Shown here: positions 1 to 12,130 of the stretch, one piece after another
How positions within the stretch are numbered: position 1 is the first letter of the stretch
How the letters are laid out: every line of letters starts with the position of its first letter
Assembly (NCBI RefSeq): GCF_048593235.1
Contig: NC_133619.1
Span: 317,144,454 to 317,208,453 of the forward strand
Direction: 5' to 3'
Source: Sminthopsis crassicaudata
Taxonomy: Eukaryota
Length of the DNA stretch: 64,000 bases
The notes under the pieces: generated by a model
The model's database searches: none
Told to the model about the DNA's origin: nothing
Seen by the model: only the letters and a program-made list of their open reading frames with translations
Made by a program: the position numbers and the translations under genes

Positions 1-375
1 CTATGTGCAAAGGTTGAATGTGAACTGCCTCCTGGTGGTTCAAGTCAATGCTTGAGACAGAAGAATTGAAAGAAGGAAATCATTAAGTAAATGATAAGGG
101 AAGTTGCAAGTACCCCAATCAGAGCTCTGGTTTGCTCTACCAATCTCAGAAGCATAAATGGTAATTTTGCAAGTTCCCCAATTTCCACAATGAGCAAATG
201 GTATGCTTTTCAAGCAGCATCTCAGGATTTGCTTTTATTTTGTCTATTTTAATACAGTTCAAAAACAACTCAAATTTCTCCTGAATCAGTTATGTAAGAT
301 GGAAGACTTAAGCAGGGAAACTTCATAAAATAAAACTTGAAAATTAGCTTTATTTATTTCTTTTTGTACTTTCAG

Positions 376-444
376 CCCACCCATTCAATTCCAGTGTAAC
401 TACACAGAGTTATCCAGACTATAGCAAAAAGGAAACAGAAACAA
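376..444 (+). CDS. CD96: CD96 mucin-like stalk exon, copy A (x-HPFNSSVTTQSYPDYSKKETET-x)
   Basis: Polypyrimidine tract + ttcag acceptor, A|gtaagt donor, 69 nt, phase 1-1, no stop. Resembles the recalled human CD96 stalk segment QPSNSSMTTRGFNYPWTSSGTDT. Confidence 0.8.
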
Positions 445-1089
445 GTAAGTGTTCTCAATGTTTCTAAGCTCATTAACTTGCTCAAAGTGGTCTCTACTGT
501 AGGCAAACCGGAACAGGAAAACATGTAACCCTTTCAGAATGGCTCTATGTGTATGTGTGGAGTTAGGGACAGGGGCAAGAGGAGGGCATTTGGATGGGCA
601 GGGGTATGAGGATATGTGGAAAATTTGTTACCACCCCTGGAAGTTCTATCAAGGCTCATCCAAATAAAAAGATGACCAATAAAATGTGAACAATTGGTCA
701 CTAAGTGTAAAGGTTGAATGTGTATTGTTTCCTGGTAGATCAAAGCAATGCCTGAGACAGAAAAAATGGAAAGAAGGCAATCATTAAGTAAATGATAAGG
801 AAAGTTGCAAGTCCCCCAAACACAGAGCTCTGGTTTGCTCTACCAATCTCAGAAGCATAAATGGTAATTTTGCAAGTGCCCCAATTTCCACAATGAGCAA
901 ATGGTATGCTTTTCAAGCAGCATCTCAGGATTTTGCTGTTATTTTCTCTAATTTAATACAGTACAAATATAATTTAATACAATGTAAAAGCAACAACTCA
1001 AATTTCTCATGAATCAGTTGCATAGGATTAAGCAGGCAAACTTCATAAAATAAACTTGAGAAATAACTTTGTTTGTTTTGTACTTTCAG

Positions 1090-1158
1090 CCAGCCAGTTC
1101 AATTCCAGTTTAACTAGACAGAGCTACCCAGACCACAGCAAGAAGGGAACAGAAGCAA
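1090..1158 (+). CDS. CD96: CD96 mucin-like stalk exon, copy B (x-SQFNSSLTRQSYPDHSKKGTEA-x)
   Basis: tactttcag acceptor, A|gtaagt donor, 69 nt, phase 1-1, open frame. 56/69 nt identical to copy A by hand count. Confidence 0.78.
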
Positions 1159-1269
1159 GTAAGTATAGTAACATGTCTTTTTTAAGCTTACTAATTTGTT
1201 CATAGTAGTCTCCACTCTAGGCAAACTGAAACAGGAAGTGAAAGGAAATCATGTAACACCTACACCTAT

Positions 1270-1435
1270 TAGACTCAGAGTTGGGAAGACTTGAATTTGA
1301 TTTCCATTTCATAAACTTAGTGAGAGACCTTGGGCAAAATCTTTTTCAGCTTTCTGATCCTTTATTTCCTCTGGAAAAATTAAGGGTTGCACATGATGAC
1401 TTCTAAGTTCCCTTCCAATTCCAAATATATGACCC
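1270..1435 (+). mobile_element. MIR-family CORE-SINE, degraded
   Basis: gggaagacttgaatttga...gaccttgggcaaa...atgacttctaagttcccttcc core and tail motifs. Confidence 0.6.
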
Positions 1436-2769
1436 AAGATGTTCCCTTGGTTGGATTTATGAAAAGGAAAAGAGCAGGAGAGGAGAGAAACTCATCTCAG
1501 TTGGACATTTGAATTAACTTATTATTCTTATTACAATAGGTATAAAGCTCTATTGTTTCTAACTGAAAGTAGACTTCAAGTGCAGTCAGTGTACTCTCTA
1601 AATTCAGGTTCTGGACAAACCCTCTGTTCAGCACCTTCCTCGGAACATCAACCACTATTTTTACTATTGTAAAATACTAATTTTTTGTATACTATTTACT
1701 ACTAGTAAATAGTTTTACTATTAGTGTTTACTATTTAGTGACCCTGGAGAAATGGAGGAACTGCATCACCAGTTATGACCAGATTAGCTATTTCCCTACT
1801 CTAAAATCCTTCGCAAAATCTGAGACTTTATGATTCTTCCCTGCCCTAGAAGCTGTGAGATTCCTTTCGAAAATGCTTCAAAAACACCATGATCATTATT
1901 GGCATTTCCAGAATATTTTAGATAGGGGCGAAACTATAAGTTCTTTCATTTTTGCCTCTTCTCCCACCTGAAAACTGAATTTAATGGCATGGTAAGTATA
2001 AAGAGTAGTGGATTTGGACTAAGGAGATCTAATTGCCAGTCCTGGCTATATGACACAGGACAAATCCCTTCATCTCTATGACCTTCAGGGTTTTTTATGT
2101 GTAAAATAACATTTGCACTACCCATCTGTGAAGCAAACATCCCATAATCTATAAACTGCTACATAAATGTGAGTGGTTATTATGAGCTACTAATAATTTG
2201 AAGTCAAAAAAATAGATCTCATACTTGTAACTAAATCCATTGCTGCTATGATAACTTCCAATAAGTGACTTTGGAGATTTATTTAAGTTTTGTTGGAAAT
2301 GCAGGCAATATTCCCAGGGTTTTACTTAAGCAAGAATAGGAAAGTCTACAGCTTTCTAACTTATGGCCATCTTTTTTTCCTGACAATCTTTGAAGAAAAA
2401 TTCCCTGCTGCAAGCTGAGCTATTTGTAACAGTTCACAAAAACAAATTAGGATCCAACAAGCTAATATTGATTGCTCACTCACAAACTGTTTTTGAAACA
2501 TGTTCTACTTGTTAGATAGGACTGTAATGTGGCATCTGATATTAGATGACACATTTGGCAAGATTCATGACAGGCATTGGTAATTGGATTTTTTCCCTCC
2601 TAGTATGTTTATTTCAATAGGTTTTTGAAATGTGAAGCAGCAGGAAAAAGAATAAGTGCAAATAGATTCCTAGTGAAACAAACTCAATAATAATGCTTAA
2701 GGAGCATTTTTATGTGCTAACCAGCATGCTGCAGGTAATATTTAGTATTCATATGTATTAATAAATCAT

Positions 2770-2965
2770 ATTTAAAGTACTTAAAGGCATTCAGAGTATT
2801 TTCCTCACAATCACCCTATGAAGAAGGTAATGTGAGTATTATCATCCTCATTTTACAAATGAGGAAATGATGACAGAGAGAATTTAAGTACCTTGCCCAT
2901 GGTCACATGGTTAATAAATGACGAAAAAGATCTAGAAGTCATGTCTTCTGACTTCAAGACTAGTG
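2770..2965 (-). mobile_element. MIR-family CORE-SINE
   Basis: cctcacaatcaccctatgaag...attttacaaatgaggaaa...ccttgcccatggtcaca, the reverse-strand MIR signature. Confidence 0.7.
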
Positions 2966-4152
2966 TAACAGTGAATAAGATTTTGCTGTATTCTGAGAAA
3001 ACTATGCTAAAGATGATCATGTTGGTGTCTTAGGCAATGCTCCTTGTGTCTTTTTTTAATATATAAAAAAGAAAAGATCAGTCTGGCACAACAGAGATAT
3101 AGTTGGCCTTGAGGCAGAAAAGACCTGGCTTTTCAGTCTTGCCTCTGACACATATTGGCTGGATGAAAGATGGGATGTCACAGAACTTCTCTGTGTCTGA
3201 GGCAACTATCTAAGACTGTAAATGGCAAAATATGTTCTGATCTGCATTGGCAAAAGAAACTCCCCATTCAAAACTAAACTAAACTAAAAGTAAAAATAAA
3301 GTTAACCAAAAATAGCAACTCTATAACATATGGGTAGTAATTTAATTTATTATAAGAAAAAGGCATGTGCCTGTGAAAACTCCTTATACCAAGGACTCCA
3401 TCCAACAGATAATGTCTTGGATATTTATGAGGTACCTTAGAAAGAGAAGGTCACATGAGAGGAGCAGAGCATAATTCCCTCCCATATGGGAATGTTATGG
3501 GAAAAGGAAGGGAGCAGTAGGAGAGGAGGAGCAAGAAGGAGCAGAAGAGCTCAAGAACTTCTGACAGTTCTTTTATCTGAAAGGGTCCCGTTTATCAATT
3601 TCTGGCTGGCTGAAGCTGACTCAATTTCAAGAACACTGAGAGTTTAATAGATTTCAGGTGCAAATGATCATTTTTAAGTTAGTTCAAGAAAACTATCTCT
3701 GGTAAATAGGGCAATTCAAGAAAACAAGCTCAGGAGGCTCCTTTACAATAAAAAAATGTTCTGAGCTTTACCCCTATCTCTCCTAAGCCCTAAAGTATAC
3801 ATTTTCTCCATCAGATTATTAAAGAAATTTGTTATTTTGTTTTGTTTTCTTTATTCTTTTCCTTCTTGTTTCATCCTGAATCTCTCCTTTGTATAAAATT
3901 AACTTTCTTATCTTCTAAGGAGTCAAGTAGTTTCCATTAGTGGTCCAGATACCAGCTCTATGTTCAGGTTAAACACAGTCCTTGTTAGGAGCACTCTATA
4001 ATAGTCTCCCATTTTCCTAAAATCTCCAAATCTCTTAGCTTAAATCAGTTTAATGCCTCAAAGAAATATTGCATGGCTTTGAGATGCATAGATTTTGTTA
4101 GATGCTAGGAATAAGATGAATGACAGATTTTGTTCTCACAAAGCTTATAACC

Positions 4153-4352
4153 TAGTTACCAACTTCTTAAACTGTGGTTTATGGCCCCTTATGGGTTCTC
4201 ATAACAGAATGTAGGAGGTCACAAAAACATTATTTATTATCAGTGAAAGTTTGATTTATATAGCTATTTTATATATCCATGTGCTCAGGGTCACATAAAA
4301 AATTTCTTGGGCTGAAAGGAGTCACAAGTAGAAAAAAGTTTAAGATACCCTG
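4153..4352. mobile_element. hAT/Charlie-type MITE
   Basis: Imperfect terminal inverted repeats (acttcttaaact... / ...aagtttaagataccctg), non-coding, ~200 bp. Confidence 0.55.
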
Positions 4353-4427
4353 TTGTATCTAATATGGAACAGAGAGAGAAAGAAGCCAAAGGAAAGAATC
4401 ATTTAATTCAAATACAACAAATGTATT

Positions 4428-4466
<39 letters not shown>

Positions 4467-5034
4467 TTGTGGGCAAGTCTCTTATATGCATCTTGATTTC
4501 ATTATCAACAAAATGAACACAGTAATAACACTTACTTTAAAGGGCTGTTGTGAAAATTAAATGTGATAATATATGTAAAGTTTTTTGCAAATCTTAAAGT
4601 ACTGCATAAATGTTAGCTAACATCTATTATCATCATATTACAAGGGGGAATATGGTAAGTGAAAAAGAGAGTGATTTTAGGAATATCACTCTTCCTTTAG
4701 GGGAAGAGAGAAAGGTCGGAGAAGATTTCAAGAAGAAAAGAAACCAGAATTGAAAACTTAAGCAAGGAGGGACTTCAAAAACCTAAACTTGGATTGAGCA
4801 GACAGAGGGGAGGCAGATGGCACAGTGGATAGTGCATTGAATCTAGCATCAGGAATATCTGAATTCAAATGTGACCTTAGACATTCACTATTTGTGTAAC
4901 CCAGGACAAATCACTTAATATCTGTCCACATAAGTTTTCTCAGCTATAAAATTAGGATAATAACAATTTCCTCACACAATTATTGTGAGAATCAAATGAG
5001 TATTTTATTTATGAAGTACTTAACACAGTGCCTG

Positions 5035-5155
5035 GGTTAAGTGATTTGCCCAGGGTGACACAGCTAGTATGTATTAAGTATCCGAGAGCAATTTGAATCC
5101 AGATCCTCAGGTCTCCAGGACCAGTACTCTAGCCACTGTACCATCTAGTTGTCTC
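5035..5155 (-). mobile_element. Short marsupial CORE-SINE (WSINE1-like)
   Basis: gggttaagtgatttgcccagggtgacacagctagt...atttgaatccagatcctc...ccactgtaccatctag. Confidence 0.65.
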
Positions 5156-7667
5156 CTACTTAATAAATTATGCCCCTACTGTTGTCTTTTCACTTGTATA
5201 ATTAGGCCTTCCTTAGATCTTAGTCTACATAGAAGCCAGGTATAAATTCCTATATTGTATAATTTCAGAAAGAGAGGGATGCCCCCCAATAGACTAAATA
5301 AATAAGTCCTCCTTCACTATTTCTTGAAATATGAAATACTGATCCTTCTCTCTGAAAGAGACAGCATAGAATATGTGTTTAGTTAAAAGGATGGTCTTAG
5401 TCTCACAAAGCTTGGTTTGGAATTCCATTTCTGATGTACACTGTCTGTTTGACTACAGACAAACAAAACAGCCTTTTAGTGACACACTTAATTATATAAG
5501 GATGTAAATGGCAGAGATACCAAACAGCCTTGGTAGAGGGAGTTTTCCCACTGGGAGATCCCTATAGCTTGAAATCACTAGTCAATTTAAAAAAAAAAAA
5601 TCCAATGAATTGATTTGTTTGGCTTCAGTAATTCATTATCTTTCATTAAGGTTCAAATCTCTCTGTTAGAGGGCAAAGCATTGAGTGCTGTCCATTACTT
5701 CTATCTTAGTGTAAATGAATGCATTAGTTCCTTTCTGAAAACAAATTTTCATCTGAAAATAGGGAGAGGTAATGCGTAAAAAATCATAAGAATATTGAAT
5801 ATTGAATAATGTAAGGGATAGAGGATATTTTATTAAGGTTAAAAAGAGGTTACAGACAAGGAAAATGGGAGTAGAAAATGGAAGTTATAAGAACAAACTT
5901 AGATGATTTTACGTTTTCTGCCAAAGCTAGCCTTGGTCCCCATCTTTTTTTTCTCTCTTTTTGTTATCAGCTGGTATTCTGTCTCATATTTTACCCATCA
6001 TATATTAGCTCATTTAAATACAAATATGTAATAAAAAATATTCTATAGTAAAGAGATGTTGAAGAATATATGCAGAATGAAGAGCAAATTCCTCACATCT
6101 TTTTTTGGTTTCAGGATAGGAAATATGCTTGGAGAGGAGAATTAAGAAAAGCTCAATAACTTAATAAAGCTTAATCAAAAAAACTCAAAAGTTCAATAAA
6201 GCCATAACTATGAATGCTTGATTCCAAGACAAATTTGGAGAAGAAAACAGGGAATGATTTACCACTCTCCCATTGAGGAGTATACCTCTATCAATATAAG
6301 TTAGAAGTTCTGTTACTTAAATCTTTAGAGAATCACCTGCAGTACTGAAAAGTGTCTAAGACCCTTGCCTAGGGTCACACAGACAATGCTAGGTAGACTA
6401 TTGACCCCCTGGAAGGTCCACCCATATCCCCTAAACATAGCCATTATGTAAACCCTTCAATCCCTGGGAGAAAGATGGGAGGGTTGAGTGGAAGTAAAAA
6501 GCAGTGGTGAGAAAAGGTAAACTCCAAAAGGAGACATTACAATAATCAGATGCTCAGGTAGTTATCTAGAGATGGATGAGAGATCTGAATGTTAATAAAG
6601 TGAGAACAATAAAGCAAAGAAATCCATCATGGGAAGAAATGTTTCCCATCTAGTCAATGTCCTAGTCACTTTATCCTAGAAAGTTACCCAAAAGGTAAAT
6701 GGAATTTATTTTTGAAATACATTTCTCCAAGTCCTTTCTCTTGAGTTTTTTTCAAATATTTCCATGATTGTATTACTTTTATTTCACCATAACTATTTAA
6801 AAAACAAAACTACCCAGGTAAAATAAAATATCTACCATCTCAGTCTGAAAGCTATATTTTCCCCCAATCTAACTTATATAAGAGCTGTCTATTGCCTATA
6901 AATTGTGTTATTTTGCACATATTTATAATGAAGCCATCACCAGTCACCTTGACCTTTGTCTTGCCACTGGAATTTGATAACTTTGAAGGAAAGAGTGAGG
7001 CTGATGACTTTGCACAGCCCTGTCTCACTCATATAAAATTCATACTCAAGTCATCACCTTTAGAAATCATTGGTCCTTTTTGAGAACAAGGAGAAATAGT
7101 TATTTGAATACATAAATACATATTTATTCTTTAATGAAATTACAATCTCAGAGATATGGATATTACCTACAATATTAACAATGCATAAATTATGCATGCT
7201 CTCTCATTCTAAAAATCTTCCATATAAGATATATCTTTATATATATGTCGCACTGGAGACTTTCCTATGGGTTTTGTAACATTTTATGCATATGTGTGTA
7301 TCACCTGTTTGTTTCATACATATTCCTTACTTACCTCCTTTTCTTTTCACACATTTCTCTGATATTATCTTTATGCCACATCATATCATTATTATCAATA
7401 GTATATTATAGACTCCTTATACACATGATAAAGCTTTTTATTATCCTTTAGGTATTGAAATTTTGATTCCTTCAAGATTCTATTATTCCATGAATCTTAG
7501 CCAAAAATTACTGCCAGATGAATATTGTTATGAAATAAATTATGTTTGCATGCCAGGGAGCAACTTGAGTTCTTGAAAGTACTAGATAACTTCTCAAATG
7601 CCCATTTTTTTCCTATTAAATTCTGAATCCAAATCATTATCCATCTGCAGTATCTGTCAAGGATATA

Positions 7668-7703
<36 letters not shown>

Positions 7704-7989
7704 CTAATTAGAAAATTCATCCAATTACTTGTTAGAATCTGTACAAAATATCTATTTACTCAATTTGGTTTTTTTCTTTTGTTTTGTAAAAGGATTGTTA
7801 GGTTTATCTCTTTTGAACATTTATGAATCTCATGAGTAGGTCTTACAGAATTATCAACCCAATGATATTCACAAATAAGATTATCTAAGGGTATATTGTT
7901 GTTGATAGCTGAGCTCTCTTCTATTTGAACTTTGATAATAGATAGATAAATACAGATATATGGATGGATAGATAGATAACATGCATTTT

Positions 7990-8240
7990 GAGGGGCCTAC
8001 TATATACTAAGGCAGTGTGCTAAACACTTTAGAATATTATTATCTCCTTTGTTCCTTACAACAGTTCTGAGAAGTTGGTGCTGTTATTATTCCCATTTTA
8101 TAATTGAGGAAACTATATCAGACAGAAGTTATGTGATTTGCCTAAGGTCACACAATTAGTAAGTATCTAAAGATGGATTTGAACTCAGATCCTCCCCACT
8201 CCAAGTTCCAGCCCGTATCCAATGCATCACCCACATGTTG
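7990..8240 (-). mobile_element. Mar1/MIR-type SINE
   Basis: gttccttacaacag...cccattttataattgaggaaact...atttgcctaaggtcacacaattagtaagtatctaa...atttgaactcag. Confidence 0.7.
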
Positions 8241-9329
8241 CTTAAGCAAGTGCAGGGGTCCATCTGTGGAATGAGTATTCTCTCATAGATGCTAAACTCT
8301 TTAAGATATAAATGCTACTTTTTATCTGGTAGAATGCGTAACCTCCAAGACAACAACTGTTTTGTTTTTGGTTTTGTATCCTTGGTGCTTAATCCAGTCC
8401 TTAGTGCAATGTAGATGCTTAATGAATGCTTTTTGTTTCTTAATGCAAGGCATTCCCAGTTAGTTTGTCTCTTTTAAGTTTACCTATGCTTCTTAGTTAT
8501 TCAATACAGTATCTTTATTAGAGGTTTCACACTGACTTAAGGTTAGAAATTCCTTGTGATTTCCTGATTAATTTCAAACTGTTAAATTGCACTGTATCAG
8601 CATTATTTAAAAGGTTCTCTATCAAAAACTTTCTGGGATGAAGGCCTCCTCACTTTTTCAAGCCCATTACTTTTTTTCAATCCCATAGAAATGAATGGAA
8701 AGGGAAAGAAGAAAGGCAAAGACTGAGAAAACTAAGGTTTATTGTCTTGCAGCTAGCTTTGATATGCATATGTGGCTAAAAACCAATTGCTTATTATCTA
8801 TATCTTTAGCCCCTAACAAGCACAATGCTCTGTATATATTGGGTATTTAAATATTTATTTTGATAGATAGAGAGATAGATAGATAGATAGATATAATTTT
8901 TGAAACTTTCATTATCAGGGTAATTTCTATTTCTGAACTACTATACTAGCTTCCTTGCCAAATGTAGGCAGTAAAGACAATGAGCTTATAGATGTTGAAA
9001 GATAAATCTAAAAGCCATATGCTTTACTGAGTTTCATGATATCCTGTCATGGGAGGATCTATTACTAATATCTCTAAAAGTTTTACTCAACTGTTAACAC
9101 CTGCATTAGGGAGCATGCTTTAACAACCCAGCTCTAATGTCTTTTCTAGTTCTCAACAGTCTGTGATTACATGATAGCACAAACTAAATTCTAATTAGCA
9201 TAATAGAATTTGCAGAAATAAAATCAGTGCTATGAGTAGCTCCTTAACTAAATGCACATGTCTCCTAAATAAAAGTGATCATTCCCACACACACACAAAC
9301 TTTAGTGAATGATGGTTTTCTTTTAGTGG

Positions 9330-9525
9330 GAGAGTATTGACTCCAGAATCAAAGAATCTTTTTCAAATCCAGCCAAGTGTCCAAAGACACTTACAAACTG
9401 TACAACCTTATATAAGCTTCCTAACCTCGCTGAGCCTTGATTTCCTCATCAATAAATGGAAATGTTTAACTTTGTCTGGATGATCTTCAAGGTCCCTTCC
9501 AGTTACAAATCTATGAAACCATGAT
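9330..9525 (+). mobile_element. MIR-family CORE-SINE
   Basis: gactccagaatcaaagaatc...ctgagccttgatttcctcatc...gatcttcaaggtcccttccag. Confidence 0.65.
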
Positions 9526-9939
9526 CCTAATCATGCCCTGTTATTACATTCACTCATCCACATTAGCTTCAATTTTCATTCTCTCTTTATTCTCAGCTCC
9601 CACTTTTGAAGTGACAGAAAGAAACACTCTCTATATATTGACTTCTAGTTTTGTAGCTCTCCCTGCTGTTTCTAGATTTTAGATGAATTTTTAAAAGTCC
9701 TTTCCATTGAACACTTCTGGATTACCAATGTTAGAAATATGCTACAAAGATAAATAGACTCAGGAATGTATGAAGTAAATTGGTTTATTTATGGTTCTTA
9801 CAAGAAATGGATAATCCACTCAGGGGAAGTCCCTGGTTTAGGAAGAAGACCAAATGGTGATTCTCAGATATGAACAATTGCCAGACTATCCTGTTTATAC
9901 AGAGTGACTATGAAGATGGAACTCTTTCTCAACCTCCAT

Positions 9940-10270
9940 TGTCTTTCCCCAACCTCTGTGCATCTTTAAACAACCTTTCTTTCTCTCTCTCTTCCCTTTA
10001 ATGATGCTTTTTCCCTTACTCTAGCTAACTCTGGATATTTTGCTAAACTTCTTTATAAATCTAACTTGCTAATCAATGGCATACACAGTCCTCATGGCAT
10101 ATTCTTTTAATGAATTCTTTCAAATTCCTTTCCTTTCTAACAATATGCTCTCTCAACTCTATTTCATATTTGCCAGTCCTGGTACCTATTTTACTTATTT
10201 TGTCTGTAAAGTTTTCTAAATAAATCTTCCTTTTGGCAAAAAAAAAAAAAGCCATTGTGCATTTGTCACA
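9940..10270 (+). mobile_element. LTR-like fragment, 3' part (AATAAA at 10219, ends ...tcaCA)
   Basis: Its 3' end is the reverse complement of the element starting at 10358; poly(A) signal ~45 nt before a CA terminus. Confidence 0.5.
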
Positions 10271-10357
10271 TGTTTATTTCAACTAGACATTGATGTGATC
10301 TGTGATGTGGGATTTGGCACCAAATGATGTGAGGCAACAAAAGTTGGGGTTCAATCA

Positions 10358-10698
10358 TGTGAAAAATTCACAATGGCCATTCTCTTTGGCAAAAGGTAGA
10401 TTTATTTAGGACAGAGGCTACAGAAAAAAATGAAGGGATACAATTGACACAAGGAATGGTAAATATAAAATAGAGTGGAAGAGTATATGAAAGACAAGTT
10501 TCTCGGTGTAACTCATAATTACCCAGTAGAAAGGGGGCACCCCATGAGGTGCCCTTAGTATGGCAGGTTAAATTCTGAAAATGACTTAGCACCCTAAAAG
10601 AGTTAGTTAGCTGTAAGAAAGAGAAGTAGAGTTGGAAAGCATAATAGAGTTAAGAGAGTTACCATTTGGCATGGGGAAGAGGAAAAGGAAAGACATCT
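10358..10698 (-). mobile_element. LTR-like element, inverted relative to 9940-10270
   Basis: Begins tgtgaaaaattcacaatggcc...agatttatttagg, i.e. reverse-strand AATAAA plus CA end. Confidence 0.5.
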
Positions 10699-11095
10699 GT
10701 AACACCAATTGAAGCAGGCTAAGTTCCAAAAGGATTTAGCAAAGACATGATCAAGAAGATAAATTTATAGAAAAAATTAGAGAGACCAGAGCTTTGTGTT
10801 ACTTATTTGCTAATTTTATGGTTTCCGGGTAGGTCTAAGAGATGGTCTATTTATTGTTGTCTGAGGAATATGGTTATTACTGATCAACAAATGTCTGTAG
10901 GACTATACAATTGTATTCCTAAGGCCAGGAGACTTTAGAATCATTGACAGACAGATTGTTAGAACAATAACACTCTAAAGTCAGAAGACCTCAGTATTAC
11001 TGCTATATTTCCCTTAGAAACTGTACCCCATCAGTATTGCTATCACAACTTCATCAATACATGTTCAAAAATGGCAGAAAACTCTTCCTTTGAAA
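10699..11095. mobile_element. Interspersed (LTR-like) repeat, related to 13222-13470
   Basis: Both copies start tgtaacac(c/t)aattgaag and share aatcattgac..cagattgttagaa..aataac and ttactgctatatttccc. Confidence 0.55.
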
Positions 11096-11699
11096 AGGAT
11101 AAGTTAATATTAATTAATTCATTAAGCATGTGCATTCAGTGCTTGCAGTTATCTTTCACATACATCTTGTTTTGGGGGGCTCTATATCTTGTTTTGTATA
11201 GCTAACTTGGTCAGCTGAGTCTTTGTCCCTATATGGGAATACAATTCTAAAGGTTACTTACAACCAGCATATTCATTCATGCAACCAATATTTATTGTTT
11301 ATTATGTTCTTGATGCTGGTAGAGATGCAAAGTTTGGGCAACAAACATGGTAGAATTTGCAAAAATAAAATCACTGGTATGAGCAACTCATCAATCAAAT
11401 GTATGTGAGTAACAATCCAGTAAGATGAGTAATGCCACTGTAATTATTTCTACTTTACAGATGGAAAAGTGGAAGATCAGAAGGATTAAATGACCTGACC
11501 AAGACAACTCAAATAATGTGTCAGTGTCAGGATTTGAAACTAGGTCTCTTGACTCCAAGTCCAGTGATTTTTCTATTTTGCCAAATTGTCTCACTTAACA
11601 AACACTCCTTCTGGTCAGAAAATAAATTTAGCTAATAATTTTTTTCTTAGAAAACAAAGATTTTAAACTAAACCTCTTGAATTATTTTTCTTTGACCAG

Positions 11700-11762
11700 A
11701 TCTGGGAATGTTCACTTTGAGCTATAGCTCAAGACTTTCAGAAGTAGACACAACATTGAATA
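11700..11762 (+). CDS. CD96: CD96 stalk exon (N-LGMFTLSYSSRLSEVDTTLN-x)
   Basis: ttatttttctttgaccag acceptor, A|gtaagt donor, 63 nt, phase 1-1. YSSRLSEVDTTLN aligns with recalled human YSSSPSGAGSTLH. Confidence 0.72.
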
Positions 11763-11989
11763 GTAAGTATTCTTCTACAAGGCAGAATGGGATGTGAGGT
11801 ATGGTCCATTCAATGTGAATTTAGTTGAAAATAGCAAAAAGCTACTGATGACATGACAAGAAGTAATGTACACATAAGCACTTGCATATATACATACATA
11901 TATTTATCTGAACATATCTTTATTTTAAATGCATTATATTTATATATAATATATATATTTATAATAGATTTTTATATTCAAAATATATT

Positions 11990-12130
11990 CAAAGGGTTTT
12001 CAGCATTCACTCTTGCAAAACTTTGTGTTCCAAATTTTTCTCCCTTCTTTCCCCACTCTCCCCACAGAAAGCAAGTAATCCAATTATGTTAAACATGTAC
12101 AATTCTACTATACATATTTCCACATTGATC
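11990..12130 (-). mobile_element. L1 3' UTR fragment
   Basis: ttcagcattcactcttgcaaaactttgtgttccaaatttttc...aagtaatccaattatgttaaacatgt, typical of the marsupial L1 tail and similar to 58250-58390. Confidence 0.65.

Larger units (their letters stand above)
1..1258 (+). repeat. Tandem duplication, period ~700-714 bp, containing the CD96 stalk exon
   Basis: 1-~530 aligns with ~700-1258, with long identical runs (e.g. cagagctctggtttgctctaccaatctcagaagcataaatggtaattttgcaagt). Left boundary may be outside the window. Confidence 0.95.
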
